Below, piece after piece: positions 63,686-64,000 of a DNA stretch of 64,000 bases. The notes under the pieces were generated by a model. The model had not been told where the DNA came from. It worked only from the letters and a program-made list of their open reading frames with translations, and searched no databases. Each line of letters opens with the position of its first letter. Within the stretch, counting starts at the first letter, position 1. The translations under genes and the position numbers were made by a program. Source of the DNA: Pocillopora damicornis (taxonomy: Eukaryota); contig NW_020844573.1 in assembly GCF_003704095.1 (NCBI RefSeq), positions 806,001 through 870,000 on the forward strand, written 5' to 3'.

Positions 63686-64000
63686 GTGAGTGGTACCTTG
63701 ACTCAGCTCTCTTTCTCTGCTTAGTCTTAGAATAACTTCCCCACCTTTTTTTTTTTTTTTTTTTTTTTTCTCACGGGGATGGTGCCCTGATAAAGAGCGT
63801 TTGGATGTAGTGTCATGAACGGAAATTCTAAATGGTGTCAATGGCAAATTAGAGAAAGTAGGTTTAGTTTTGCACCTAATTTATTTAGATGGTGGCGGGA
63901 GTTCCTACTAATTCACAGAGTGAAGTTCAGCAAAAGTAGTCCAATCACCCAAATGGTAATTCTTACGAGCTTCGAGAGTTTTTTTACCGTCAGGATTTGC

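Overview
AT-rich, intron-rich animal genomic DNA. The repeat families and gene content suggest a cnidarian, probably a stony coral; this is inference only. Genes in order: (1) a minus-strand gene running off the left edge, encoding an MGNSLS-initiated protein with at least two MLLE/PABC domains; (2) CCP110, head-to-head with it, containing a U12-type intron; (3) a Dachs-type (class XX) unconventional myosin; (4) two intronless, eh1-bearing forkhead paralogues in tail-to-tail orientation around a ~13 kb gene desert, with matching forkhead-site motifs in both promoters; (5) a UQCC4/CCSMST1-like mitochondrial gene preceded by a truncated LINE; (6) SGSM3 (TBC-SH3-RUN), running off the right edge. 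Intron 1 of SGSM3 contains a chain of phase-compatible exons for an unrelated, unrecognised protein. Introns carry piggyBac-like and Merlin-like MITEs, Penelope-derived pieces with minimal hammerhead ribozyme cores, and a SINE-derived inverted repeat. There are three assembly gaps (15114-15213, 52631-52730, 55022-55307). All exon structures were derived by hand from GT/AG signals, reading-frame phase and remembered family motifs; no database search was run.
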